From NCBI RefSeq assembly GCF_037157815.1, contig NZ_CP089984.1: a stretch of 32,000 bases of DNA; one strand, 5' to 3'. Position numbers and translations under genes: made by a program. The notes beneath the pieces are model-generated. The model had not been told where the DNA came from and searched no databases. It saw only the letters and a program-made list of their open reading frames with translations. The stretch comes from Pendulispora albinea (lineage in GTDB: Bacteria; Myxococcota_A; Polyangia; Polyangiales; Polyangiaceae). Positions 7,945 to 15,393 of this stretch are shown here, piece by piece. Within the stretch, counting starts at the first letter, position 1. Each line of letters opens with the position of its first letter.

Positions 7945-9803
7945 AATACGGCGCCGCGCTGGCCTCGGCGCTCGCGTTGGCCGTCCGCCTCGCGACCGTC
8001 GTGTGGGCGTGCGATCGCTTCCCGCCCGCAGGCGACGGGACCTACTACCACGTGTTGGCCACGCGCATGGCGGAAGGTCACGGCTACACCTGGCTCTGGC
8101 CCGATGGCGCGGTCACGTATGCCGCGCACTACCCGGTGGGCTACCCGGCGCTGCTCGCGTTGGGGTATGTGGTGTTTGGCGCGCGGCCCGTCGTGGCCAT
8201 GGTGATCAACGCGCTGCTCGGCGCGGCGATGACCTTCGCCGTGTACCGCTTGGTCGACACGGGTGCGCCTGCGCCGGGTTCGCGGAACGGTGCGCTGGAT
8301 TCGCGGAGCGGTGCGCCGGGCTCGCGGAGCGGTGCGCCGGGTTCGCGGAGCGGTGCGCTGGATTCGCGGAGCGGTGCGCCGGGCTCGCCGATCGGTGCGC
8401 TGGATTCGCGGAGCGGTGCGCCGGGCTCGCCGATCGGTGCGCCGGGTTCGCGGAGCGGTGCGCGGGAATCGCGGAGCGGTGCGCCGGACTCGCCGATCGG
8501 TGCGCCGGGCTCGCGGAGCGGTGCGCCGGACTTGCGGATCGCGGCGCCGGACTTGCGGATCGCGGCGCCGGACTTGCGGATCGCCGTGCCGGACTCGAGG
8601 ATCGCTGCGCCGGGCTCGCGCATCGCCGCGTTGGGCTCGCGGATCGCGGCGCTGGGTTCGCGCATCGCCGCGTTGGGCTCGCGGATCGCGGCGCTGGGCT
8701 CGCGCATCGGCGCGCTGGGGTTGCGCGTCCGCGCACCGTGGATCGTGCCGCTTGGCGCCGCGCTGGTGGTCGGGCTTCACCCCGCGCTGGTTCCGTACAC
8801 GGCGGCCGTGATGACGGAGGGTGTGACGGCCGCGTTTCTCGTCTTTGCCGCGGCGATTGCGGCGCCGGCGCGCTCGGTGGTGCGCACGCGAAGCTTGGCG
8901 CTTCGTCTGGGCGCCGCGGGCATCGTGATGGGGCTTGCGACCCTGGTGCGCCCGCAGTCGCTGGTGCTGGCCCCCGTGCTCGGGGGGCTCGCGCTCGGCC
9001 CGGGCTTCTCCGTTCGCGCGCGCGCGTTCGCGGCGGCCTTCGTGTGCGCGTCGACGGTTCTCGTGTGCGCGCCTTGGACGGTGCGCAATTGTTTGCATAT
9101 GCAACGATGCGCGCTGGTGAGCGTCAACGCCGGGTGGAACCTGTTCATCGGCGAGGAAACGAAGAGCGGCGCGTGGGAGGAGATCCGCTTTCCCGACGCG
9201 TGCAGCACCGTGTGGGACGAGGCGCAGAAGGACGTCTGCCTGGAGCGGGTCGCGCGCCGAAATATCCGGGGAGCGCCCGTAGGCTGGCTCGCCCGCATGC
9301 CCAAGAAGCTCGCGGTGACCTTCGACTATTTCGGCGCCGCGCCTTGGTACCTCCACGTCTCCAATTCGCAGGCCTTCCCCGAGCGCGCCAAGGTGGTGCT
9401 CGGCGCGATCGAGACGGTGGTCTCGCGCCTTCTCCTGATCGCGGCCCTCGTCGCCCTCGCCGCGCGCCAAGGTGCACGGCGCGCGATGCGCGTGGCCTTG
9501 GGTGTCGCCGGCATCGCGCTCGCCTTGTCGCCCTCGGGCTGGCCCGCGTACCTGGTGCTGGCGCTGCTCGCGGCCGAGCGCGCCCTCGAACACGACGCCG
9601 CCGACCGTTTTCTCCTGGGCTGGACCGCCGCCGTCATCGCCGCCACGGCCGCGACGCACGCGGTGTTCTTTGGCGCCGGGCGGTACGGCCTGGTGGTCGT
9701 ACCGTTCGTCTCCGCGCTGGCGTGTGGGGTGCTCGGATCAGGGACCGGGGCCGGGAAAGCGTCCCGTGAGGGCGAGACCGCCGGGCACCTCGAGATCCTT
9801 TAA
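7941..9803 (+). CDS. GT-C fold glycosyltransferase, family 39 / ArnT-PMT_2-like, carrying an internal heptapeptide repeat insertion
   Basis: The ATG at 7941 overlaps the maf stop (ATGA at 7941-7944). The N-terminus MKYGAALASALALAVRLATVVWACDRFPPAGDGTYYHVLATRMAEGHGYTW...YPVGYPALLALGYVVFG is typical of GT39/PMT_2 proteins. Many hydrophobic helices follow the repeat as well (PLGAALVVGLHPALVPYTAAVMTEGVTAAFLVFAAAI...). Confidence 0.8.
   Translation: MKYGAALASALALAVRLATVVWACDRFPPAGDGTYYHVLATRMAEGHGYTWLWPDGAVTYAAHYPVGYPALLALGYVVFGARPVVAMVINALLGAAMTFAVYRLVDTGAPAPGSRNGALDSRSGAPGSRSGAPGSRSGALDSRSGAPGSPIGALDSRSGAPGSPIGAPGSRSGARESRSGAPDSPIGAPGSRSGAPDLRIAAPDLRIAAPDLRIAVPDSRIAAPGSRIAALGSRIAALGSRIAALGSRIAALGSRIGALGLRVRAPWIVPLGAALVVGLHPALVPYTAAVMTEGVTAAFLVFAAAIAAPARSVVRTRSLALRLGAAGIVMGLATLVRPQSLVLAPVLGGLALGPGFSVRARAFAAAFVCASTVLVCAPWTVRNCLHMQRCALVSVNAGWNLFIGEETKSGAWEEIRFPDACSTVWDEAQKDVCLERVARRNIRGAPVGWLARMPKKLAVTFDYFGAAPWYLHVSNSQAFPERAKVVLGAIETVVSRLLLIAALVALAARQGARRAMRVALGVAGIALALSPSGWPAYLVLALLAAERALEHDAADRFLLGWTAAVIAATAATHAVFFGAGRYGLVVVPFVSALACGVLGSGTGAGKASREGETAGHLEIL
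8262..8729 (+). repeat. 21-bp (7-aa) in-frame tandem repeat, about 22 units, inside the GT39 gene
   Basis: Units lie at 8289+21k (k=0..20), plus one irregular first unit. Examples are GGTGCGCCGGGCTCGCGGAGC and GCGGCGCTGGGCTCGCGCATC. They translate to GAPGSRS / GALDSRS / GAPGSPI, then AAPDLRI / AALGSRI. Partial 42-bp higher-order structure is visible. All six frames are open across the array. Confidence 0.95.
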
Positions 9804-10748
9804 GAACTCGAGGAGCAGATCGTTCTCCTCGCTCCCGCGCGCCGTGCGGAGCTCGCGCAACGTGGGCGGTGTCGCGTGGCGCGCGAGCGCCTTGTACTGA
9901 AAGAAGCGGATGAACGTATTTTTGTCGATGCCGGTCTCGATCCCGCCGAGCCAGGGCCGATCGGGCGCGCTGGCCATGGCGACGGCGTTCCAGGCGGCCG
10001 CGCGCGAGACATCGTCGAGATCGCGCCGGTGGGCGGCGTCCGCGAAGGGGCGTACGGTCTCCGGATCTTGGGTGAGCGCGGCGGCGCCGGCGGGGGTGTC
10101 GTTGACCCCGGCCAGCTGGCGCTCGGCGTCCTGATCGGCGAACACACGGGCGGAGGGCTTTCCCTCCAGATCGAGCACGCGGATGGCCAGATCGCTGGCC
10201 AGCTCGCGGGTCATGTCGCTGATGGCGCGGTCGGCGAGGATCTGATCCATCACGCTCGAATCGGAGAAGTACTGGAGCGTGCCGAGGGCCGCGCTGCGGC
10301 CGCGAAGCTCGCCGCGCCAGACGGGCGCCTGGTCGGCCTTGCGTTTCACCTCGCAGCCCAAGTCCGCGTAGACGATGACATAGCCGTGCCCTTTGTCCGA
10401 GGCGCGCCGCAGGGCGAATCGATCCAGCCGGCAGCGGGCGACATACCCGCCGGGCTCGCCGCCGTGAAACGCGCGCGCCTCGATTTCACTGCGGATCCCG
10501 CTAGCCAGCACGGCCGCCGGCCCCGGGGCTCGAACCCCGCCGGGCACCACGATGGCCGCCTCGGGATCGAGCGGGGGGCTGATGGGCTCGAAGTCCAGCA
10601 CGGGCGGGCCTTGCCGCGGGTTGGGGCTGAGGGTCGGCGTGTGCAAGGCAAGGGGGCCGGAACCGCAGCCGGTCGCGAGGGTCGCGGAGGTCGCGAGGGT
10701 CGCGTAAGCCGCGAGAGAAAGCGTCCATGCAATCGTCTTCGTGCGCAT
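9738..10748 (-). CDS. Lipoprotein of unknown function
   Basis: The track ORF (428 aa, to 11024) would run antisense through rnpB. I place the start at ATG 10748 (MRTKTIAWTLSLAAYATLATSATLATGCGSG, signal peptide plus lipobox LATGC). The remaining 310 aa have a normal composition. The 3' end overlaps the GT39 3' end by 66 nt. Confidence 0.6.
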   Translation of the reverse strand: MRTKTIAWTLSLAAYATLATSATLATGCGSGPLALHTPTLSPNPRQGPPVLDFEPISPPLDPEAAIVVPGGVRAPGPAAVLASGIRSEIEARAFHGGEPGGYVARCRLDRFALRRASDKGHGYVIVYADLGCEVKRKADQAPVWRGELRGRSAALGTLQYFSDSSVMDQILADRAISDMTRELASDLAIRVLDLEGKPSARVFADQDAERQLAGVNDTPAGAAALTQDPETVRPFADAAHRRDLDDVSRAAAWNAVAMASAPDRPWLGGIETGIDKNTFIRFFQYKALARHATPPTLRELRTARGSEENDLLLEFLKDLEVPGGLALTGRFPGPGP

Positions 10749-10773
10749 CGCGCGCGACTTAATCACGCTTTCA

Positions 10774-10806
10774 TTGCGAAGCGTCGCGCAAAGTGCCACT
10801 TTGCGC
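10774..10806 (+). promoter_or_regulatory. Candidate rnpB promoter (-35 TTGCGA 10774-10779, 17-nt spacer, -10-like CACTTT 10797-10802) overlapped by a perfect 10-1-10 palindrome (10786-10806)
   Basis: GCGCAAAGTG-C-CACTTTGCGC read directly. The predicted TSS, about 7 nt after the -10, falls at ~10809, where the rnpB P1 helix begins. The hexamers are weak matches, so this is inference. Confidence 0.35.
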
Positions 10807-10807
10807 T

Positions 10808-11226
10808 TCGTCGACGCCGAACAAGCGATCGCCGGTTCGAAAACGACGGCCTCCGGGCCCACTTGACGAACGGGAGGAAAGTCCGAGCTCCAAAGAGTGC
10901 GATGCCGGGTAACGCCCGGTGGCGGAAACGCCCAGGAGAGTGCCACAGAAAACAAACCGCCTCGCCCCGGCGCACGTTCGTGCTCCGCGCGAGGTAAGGG
11001 TGAAACGGTGGGGTAAGAGCCCACCGCATCGGCGGCAACGTCGATGGCATGGCAAACCCCATCGGGAGCAAGGCCGCGTAGGCAGGCGCTACAAGGGCTA
11101 CTCGCCCAAGCCTGCGGGTTGGCTGCTCGAGGCGTCCGGTAACGGCCGCCCTAGAGGAATGATCGCTGCCGCGCAAAGGGCAACCCTTGCGCGGAACAGA
11201 ACTCGGCTTACGGACGACGTCGACCA
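10808..11226 (+). ncRNA. rnpB: RNase P RNA, bacterial type A
   Basis: Universal conserved blocks are present in the right order: GGGAGGAAAGTCCGAGCTCC (P4 5' strand, ~10872), GAGAGTGCCACAGAAAACAAACCGCC, GGTAAGGGTGAAACGGTGGGGTAAGAGCCCACC (10993-11025), GGCAAACCCCATCGGGAGCAAGGCC and ACAGAACTCGGCTTAC (P4 3' strand, 11196-11211). P1 pairs GTCGACG (10810-10816) with CGTCGAC (11218-11224). P2 pairs AGCGATC with GATCGCT. The ends are good to about +/-5 nt. Confidence 0.9.
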
Positions 11227-11228
11227 CG

Positions 11229-11271
11229 CGCCTGCGTTTCCCGCGAGGGAGCGCAGGCGTCGTGCTTTTTT
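11229..11271 (+). terminator. Hairpin plus T-run directly after rnpB (candidate intrinsic terminator)
   Basis: CGCCTGCG (11229-11236) pairs perfectly with CGCAGGCG (11252-11259). The inner stem is TCCC/GGGA, closed by a GCGA (GNRA) tetraloop. Then comes TCGTGC and T6 (11266-11271). The 6-nt gap between stem and T-run is atypical. Confidence 0.55.
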
Positions 11272-11620
11272 GCGGCCGCGTTCCGCGAGGGGTCGCCGGC
11301 GTCGTGCTTTTTTGCGGCCGCGTTTCCGCGAGGGGTCGCAAGTGTCGTGCTCTTTGCGCCCCGTTCACCGCGAGGGGGTCGCCGGTGTCGCGATTTTTTG
11401 CGGCCACGTTCCGCGAGGGGTCGCCGGCGTCGTGCTTTTTGCGCCGCGTTCACCGCGAGGGGTCGCCGGCGTCGTGCTTTTTTGCGGCCGCGTTTCCCGC
11501 GAGGGACCGTGTCGTGCTTTTTGCGGCCGCGTTCCGCGAGGGGTCGCCGGTGTCGCGCTTTTGCGCCCGTTCACCGCGAGGGGTCGCAAGTGTCGTGCTT
11601 TTTGCGCCCGTTCACCGCGG
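11259..11620 (+). repeat. Tandem array of 8 full and 1 partial ~42-bp (40-43 bp) units reiterating the rnpB terminator module
   Basis: Unit starts: 11259, 11301, 11344, 11387, 11429, 11471, 11511, 11552, 11592. Consensus is GTCGTGCTTTTTTGCGGCCGCGTTCCGCGAGGGGTCGCCGGC. Two subtypes exist: ...GCGGCCGCGTT(T)CC(C)GCGAGGG and ...GCGCC(C)CGTTCACCGCGAGGGG. Units abut head to tail with no unique spacers. The last unit supplies the stop codon of the convergent SDR gene. Confidence 0.95.
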
Positions 11621-12508
11621 CGGGGACGTATTTTCGAGCCAGGCGACGATGGACGGATGGTGCGGTTTCCACCCGAGCTCGGCGCGGGCTCGCTTGGCGC
11701 GCACGCGGCTGTTGGACGCAAGGTGAAGGTGCGCATCGGCGAAGCCCCAGAAGCGCGCGGCCTCCTCGATCGAAAGGCTGGCCGCCGGCAGCCCAAGCCG
11801 CCGCCCGACGGCGGTGACCACGGTCTTCAGGTCCGCTTCGCCGTTTTCGGCATAGTAGAACGCACCCCCGGGCGCCTTCTCCAGCGCGAGCAGGTACAGA
11901 TCGGCCAGGTCCTCTACGTGGACGTTGGACCAGACGTTCGCACCCCGCCCAATCCAGTGCGCCGCGCCGCTCGCGCGCGCCTCGCGCTCGATGTTCGGGA
12001 TCTGGATGCTCTCCACCTTCAGCCCCAGGCCGTCGCCGTACACCATGGTCGGGCAGATCACGATGGAGTGGACCCCCTGGTTCGCCGCGCGCTGCACGGC
12101 GCGATCGGTGGCGACGCGATCGGCCTTGTCCGCGATGGGCTCGTAGTCCGTGTCCTCGTCGAAGACGTCGGCCACGAGCTCGCCCTTGGCGTCCGTGGAG
12201 ACGATGCTCGAGCCGCTGGTGTGAAGGAACCGCTTCCCCGAGCCTTCCACCCCGCGCAAGAGCGCGTCGACCGAAGCCCGATGGTCGGCGTCGGCCGCGC
12301 TGATCACGGCGTCCGCCTCGCGCGCCGCCTCCGTGAGGGCGGCCAAGTCCGAGAGGCTCCCGAGCACGGGCTCGATGCCCCGCGCGCGCAGCGCCGACGC
12401 GCGCTCCTCCGTGCGCGCGAGCCCGCGCACCCGATGCCCCGCCCGCCGAAGCCGCTCCGCGACCGTCCCGCCGATGTACCCCGTCGCACCCGCCAAAAAG
12501 ATGTTCAT
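11612..12508 (-). CDS. NAD(P)-binding SDR-family protein (NAD-dependent epimerase/dehydratase or NmrA-like)
   Basis: ORF track 298 aa. It opens with the Rossmann motif MNIFLAGATGYIGGTVAERL. It is divergent from a LysR gene. Confidence 0.8.
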   Translation of the reverse strand: MNIFLAGATGYIGGTVAERLRRAGHRVRGLARTEERASALRARGIEPVLGSLSDLAALTEAAREADAVISAADADHRASVDALLRGVEGSGKRFLHTSGSSIVSTDAKGELVADVFDEDTDYEPIADKADRVATDRAVQRAANQGVHSIVICPTMVYGDGLGLKVESIQIPNIEREARASGAAHWIGRGANVWSNVHVEDLADLYLLALEKAPGGAFYYAENGEADLKTVVTAVGRRLGLPAASLSIEEAARFWGFADAHLHLASNSRVRAKRARAELGWKPHHPSIVAWLENTSPPR

Positions 12509-12601
12509 GGTCCGCCTCCTTTGCTGCCCCGGACCTTAGGTCGCGCCATTTACGCTCGATAGACCCGTTTCTTTCGCAGGACTCGTTCCTAGAATTCGCG
12601 A

Positions 12602-13498
12602 ATGACCATCCTTCAAGAGCCGCTCACCGGCCTCGCCGCCTTCGTCCACGCGGTGGAGACCGGGAGCTTCAGCGCGGCCGGGCGCCTGCTCGGCGCGTCG
12701 CCCTCGGCCGTGAGCAAGGTGGTGGCCAAGCTCGAGAGCCGCCTGGGCGTGCGCCTCCTGCAGCGCACCACGCGCGCGCTCCACCCCACGGCCGAGGGCT
12801 TGTGGCTCTACGAGCGCGGCCAGCGCATCGTGACGGAGCTCGCCGAGACCGAGGTGGCGCTGCGCGAGGCACACGGCCCGCGCGGGCTGCTCCGCATCAC
12901 GGCCCCCGTCGATCTGGGCCGCCACTGGCTCACCAAGCAGCTGCCGAAGTTCTTCGCGCAGTACCCCGAGATCACCTGCGAGCTCAGTCTCACGGATCGC
13001 TTCGTCGATCTGGTGGACGATCGCTTCGACGTGGCGCTTCGCATGGGCGAGGCGGCCGACGGCCCGCTCATCCGGCGCAAGCTCGGTCCCACCCGAACCT
13101 CGATCTGCGCGGCCCCGCGCTACTTGCGAAGGCGCGGCACCCCGCGGCACCCCAAGGATCTCGCGGCGCACGACTGCCTGCCGTACGCGCGCGACGGCAA
13201 ACGCCAGACGTGGACCGTCGGCAATGTCACCGTGTCGGTCACCGGCCCCTTCGCGGCCGACAACTGCGACGCGCTCCTGGCCATGGCGCTCTCCGGCGCA
13301 GGCGTCGTGCTTCTGCCGCGCATCGTAGCCGCGCCCGACGTGGGCGCGGGTCGGCTGCGCGCGCTCTTTCCCAAGTACCCCTCGTACGGGCCCAACGTGT
13401 ATGCCGTTTATCCGGAGCAGCGGCATCTCTCGCCGCGCGTGCGCGCCTTCGTGGACTTTTTGGCCACCGAGTATCCGCGGTCGCTCGATGTCCTCTGA
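12602..13498 (+). CDS. LysR-family transcriptional regulator
   Basis: ORF track 298 aa. N-terminal wHTH: LAAFVHAVETGSFSAAGRLLGASPSAVSKVVAKLESRLGVRLLQRTTRALHPTAEG. A C-terminal substrate-binding domain follows. The gene is divergently paired with the SDR gene across a 93-bp spacer containing AGGA-N5-TCCT (12578-12590). Confidence 0.9.
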   Translation: MTILQEPLTGLAAFVHAVETGSFSAAGRLLGASPSAVSKVVAKLESRLGVRLLQRTTRALHPTAEGLWLYERGQRIVTELAETEVALREAHGPRGLLRITAPVDLGRHWLTKQLPKFFAQYPEITCELSLTDRFVDLVDDRFDVALRMGEAADGPLIRRKLGPTRTSICAAPRYLRRRGTPRHPKDLAAHDCLPYARDGKRQTWTVGNVTVSVTGPFAADNCDALLAMALSGAGVVLLPRIVAAPDVGAGRLRALFPKYPSYGPNVYAVYPEQRHLSPRVRAFVDFLATEYPRSLDVL

Positions 13499-13515
13499 CG
13501 TGCGTCGATGGTAGA

Positions 13516-14469
13516 ATGAGCGCCGTCATGCGGCCGCTCTTTGCCGATCCTCGAACCGACTACGCATTCAAGGCGATCTTCGGTACGGAAGAGCACAAGC
13601 CGTTGCTCGTCGCGCTGCTGAACGATCTCTTGGAGCTCGACGAGGCGCATCGGGTGGTGCAGGTGGAGTTGCTGTCGGCAGAACAGCGTCCGAAGGTAAG
13701 TGAGCTCAAACACTCCATCGTCGACGTGAAGTGCCGCGATGCACGCGGCACCACGTACGTGGTCGAGATGCAGGTGCTCAATGTGGAGGGCTTCGAGAAG
13801 CGCGTCGTCTACAACGTGGCCAAGGCCTACACGAGCCAGCTGGGGATCGGGGAGCATTACCCGACGCTGAACGACGTCATCGGCGTGACCATCTGCGATT
13901 TCAACCTCTGGCCGGAGGCGGAGGTGCCGCTCTTGAGCCGCTGGCGCATGCAGGAGCAGCACACGCGGCGGGTCGGCTTGCCCGAGCTCCAGTTCGTCTT
14001 TTTGGAGCTGCCAAAGCTCGACCGAACGCGCGAGCCGCAAACGGTGATTGAAAAGTGGGCCTACTTCTTCCGCGAGGCCTCGAAGCTGAAATCCGTTCCG
14101 CCCGTGCTCGCGCAAAAACCCCACCTCGACGCGCTGGATGCTGCCCGCACCGCCCGATTCTCCGAGGAAGAGTGGGAGGCGTACATCCGCGCGGGCATGG
14201 CCATTCAAGACGAGCGCGGCGCGCTCTCGCTCGCCCGGCGGGAGGGGCGCGAAGAGGGCCACAAAGAGGGGCACAAGGAAGGGCACACGGAGGGCCAGCT
14301 TATCCAAGCTCGCACCACACTGCGCCGCGTGCTGCGCGCACGCGGGCTCGCCATCTCCGCCGAGGACGAGGCCCGCATCGATGCGTGCTCCGACCTCGCC
14401 ACCCTCGACCAATGGCTCGATCGCAGCCTCACCGCCGACACGGTCGCGGCCGCCCTCACATCGGCATAG
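13516..14469 (+). CDS. Rpn-family (YhgA-like, PD-(D/E)XK) recombination-promoting nuclease / putative transposase
   Basis: The in-frame part of track ORF 12802..14469 starts at MSAVMRPLFADPRTDYAFKAIFG. It continues ...SIVDVKCRDARGTTYVVEMQVLN...VIGVTICDF...LQFVFLELPK (D...D/E-x-Q/K nuclease core as in TIGR01784-type proteins). The C-terminal helical tail contains EGHKEGHKEGHTEG. Confidence 0.8.
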   Translation: MSAVMRPLFADPRTDYAFKAIFGTEEHKPLLVALLNDLLELDEAHRVVQVELLSAEQRPKVSELKHSIVDVKCRDARGTTYVVEMQVLNVEGFEKRVVYNVAKAYTSQLGIGEHYPTLNDVIGVTICDFNLWPEAEVPLLSRWRMQEQHTRRVGLPELQFVFLELPKLDRTREPQTVIEKWAYFFREASKLKSVPPVLAQKPHLDALDAARTARFSEEEWEAYIRAGMAIQDERGALSLARREGREEGHKEGHKEGHTEGQLIQARTTLRRVLRARGLAISAEDEARIDACSDLATLDQWLDRSLTADTVAAALTSA

Positions 14470-14478
14470 ACTCGGCCG

Positions 14479-15393
14479 CTAAGCGGCTTTGCCGGTCGTC
14501 GCAACAGGCGTCTCCGCCTCGGCGACCATCGCGCCCTTCATCTCCAGCTCCTGACCGAGACGCCGGCGCAACTTCATCTTGGCACGCGACTCGATTTGGC
14601 GGGCCCGCTCGCGCGACACGCCCAGGCGGCGTCCGATTTCGGCGAGGCTCAGCTCGTCGGGATCGTCGGCCATCACGCGGACGGTGACGATGTAGCGCTC
14701 GCGTGGATCGAGCTCGTCGAGCGCTTCGCGCACCCGGTGCTCGATCTCGTGCGTGCGCTCGTAGCGCAGAAAGCGCTCTTCCTGCGAGGGAAGCGGGGAG
14801 GGGAGCGCGTCGACAATCGATGCGGTCGTATCGTCGTGGGCCTTGGTGTCGAGCGACAGATCGCGCGCCTCCACCCGCTGCGCGAGCTGCGAGATCTTTT
14901 CCTTGGTGGTGCCAAAACGGCTCGCGAGCTGTTCGGCGACTTCGTCCGAGTCGGAGGTGAGCGCCGAGATTTTTGCTTTCTCCCTTCGGAGTCGAAAGAA
15001 CACCTTGGAGCGCAACGGACCGGCTCCAACGCCCACGATGCTCCACGCGCGAATCACGTAGTCGAGAATGTACGCGCGGATCCAGTGCGCGGCGTAGGTC
15101 ACGAAACGCGTTCCGCGGTCGGGATCGAATTTCCGAAGGGCGGTCATCAGGCCCACATTTCCCTCGGAGATCAGATCGGCAAGGCGCAGTCCGTAGCGGC
15201 GGTAGGTCAGAGCAATCGCGACCACGTGCCGCAAATTCGCCTCCACCAGCGCCCCCACGGCCTCGGGATCGCCGAGGTCGCGCACCCGCACGGCGAGTGC
15301 CCACTCGTCTTCGCGCGATAAAGCGGGTGCTCGCTGCACGCGCGCGATGTACCGCGAGACGCTCGAATTCGGATCGAGGGAACTCTTCATCAT
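14479..15393 (-). CDS. rpoH: RNA polymerase sigma factor, sigma-32 (RpoH)-like group 3
   Basis: ORF track 304 aa. Region 2: LVEANLRHVVAIALTYRRYGLRLADLISEGNVGLMTALRKFDPDRGTRFVTYAAHWIRAYI. RpoH-box-like: LRSKVFFRLRREK. Region 4: LSLAEIGRRLGVSRERARQIESRAKMKLR. Confidence 0.8.
   Translation of the reverse strand: MMKSSLDPNSSVSRYIARVQRAPALSREDEWALAVRVRDLGDPEAVGALVEANLRHVVAIALTYRRYGLRLADLISEGNVGLMTALRKFDPDRGTRFVTYAAHWIRAYILDYVIRAWSIVGVGAGPLRSKVFFRLRREKAKISALTSDSDEVAEQLASRFGTTKEKISQLAQRVEARDLSLDTKAHDDTTASIVDALPSPLPSQEERFLRYERTHEIEHRVREALDELDPRERYIVTVRVMADDPDELSLAEIGRRLGVSRERARQIESRAKMKLRRRLGQELEMKGAMVAEAETPVATTGKAA

Noticed and set aside
7841-9769. 642-aa (+) ORF, and the 594-aa (-) ORF 7875..9659, overlapping the GT39 gene
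   Set aside because: The alternative frames are Arg-rich (RRGRGG..., CAGFAERCAG... through the repeat). They lack TM helices or domains, whereas the 7941 frame gives a coherent GT39 membrane protein. They stay open only because the 21-bp repeat and the GC bias remove stops.
10761-10770. 10-mer AATCACGCTT shared by the rnpB upstream region (10761) and the Fis-HTH/FIST spacer (19844). AATCAC also appears at 27791, on the minus strand at 16170-16175 just before the erpA ATG, and in coding sequence at ~15052 and ~19472
   Set aside because: This is a tempting shared operator. However, a rough estimate says a shared 10-mer among ~1.5 kb of AT-richer intergenic DNA (both strands) is expected by chance a few times. 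AATCAC alone is expected ~4 times in 64 kb at this base composition. There is no consistent partner motif or spacing. It would need genome-wide enrichment statistics before being believed.
10830-10840. GGTTCGAAA, reminiscent of a tRNA T-arm
   Set aside because: It lies inside the P2/P3 region of rnpB. No acceptor, anticodon or D-arm complementarity surrounds it. I found no tRNA genes in the window.
10749-11024. N-terminal extension of ORF 9738..11024 (428 aa), and ORFs 10763..11407(-) and 10919..12562(+)
   Set aside because: They run through or antisense to the RNase P RNA and the 42-bp array. The extension is junk-like (MGSYPTVSPLPRAEHERAPG...), while an internal ATG at 10748 gives a clean lipoprotein signal peptide.
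11229-11620. Possible CRISPR array (regularly spaced GC-rich repeats)
   Set aside because: The units abut head to tail with no unique spacers. The unit length varies (40-43 bp), copies are degenerate, and no cas genes or leader are in the window. It is a minisatellite derived from the rnpB terminator.
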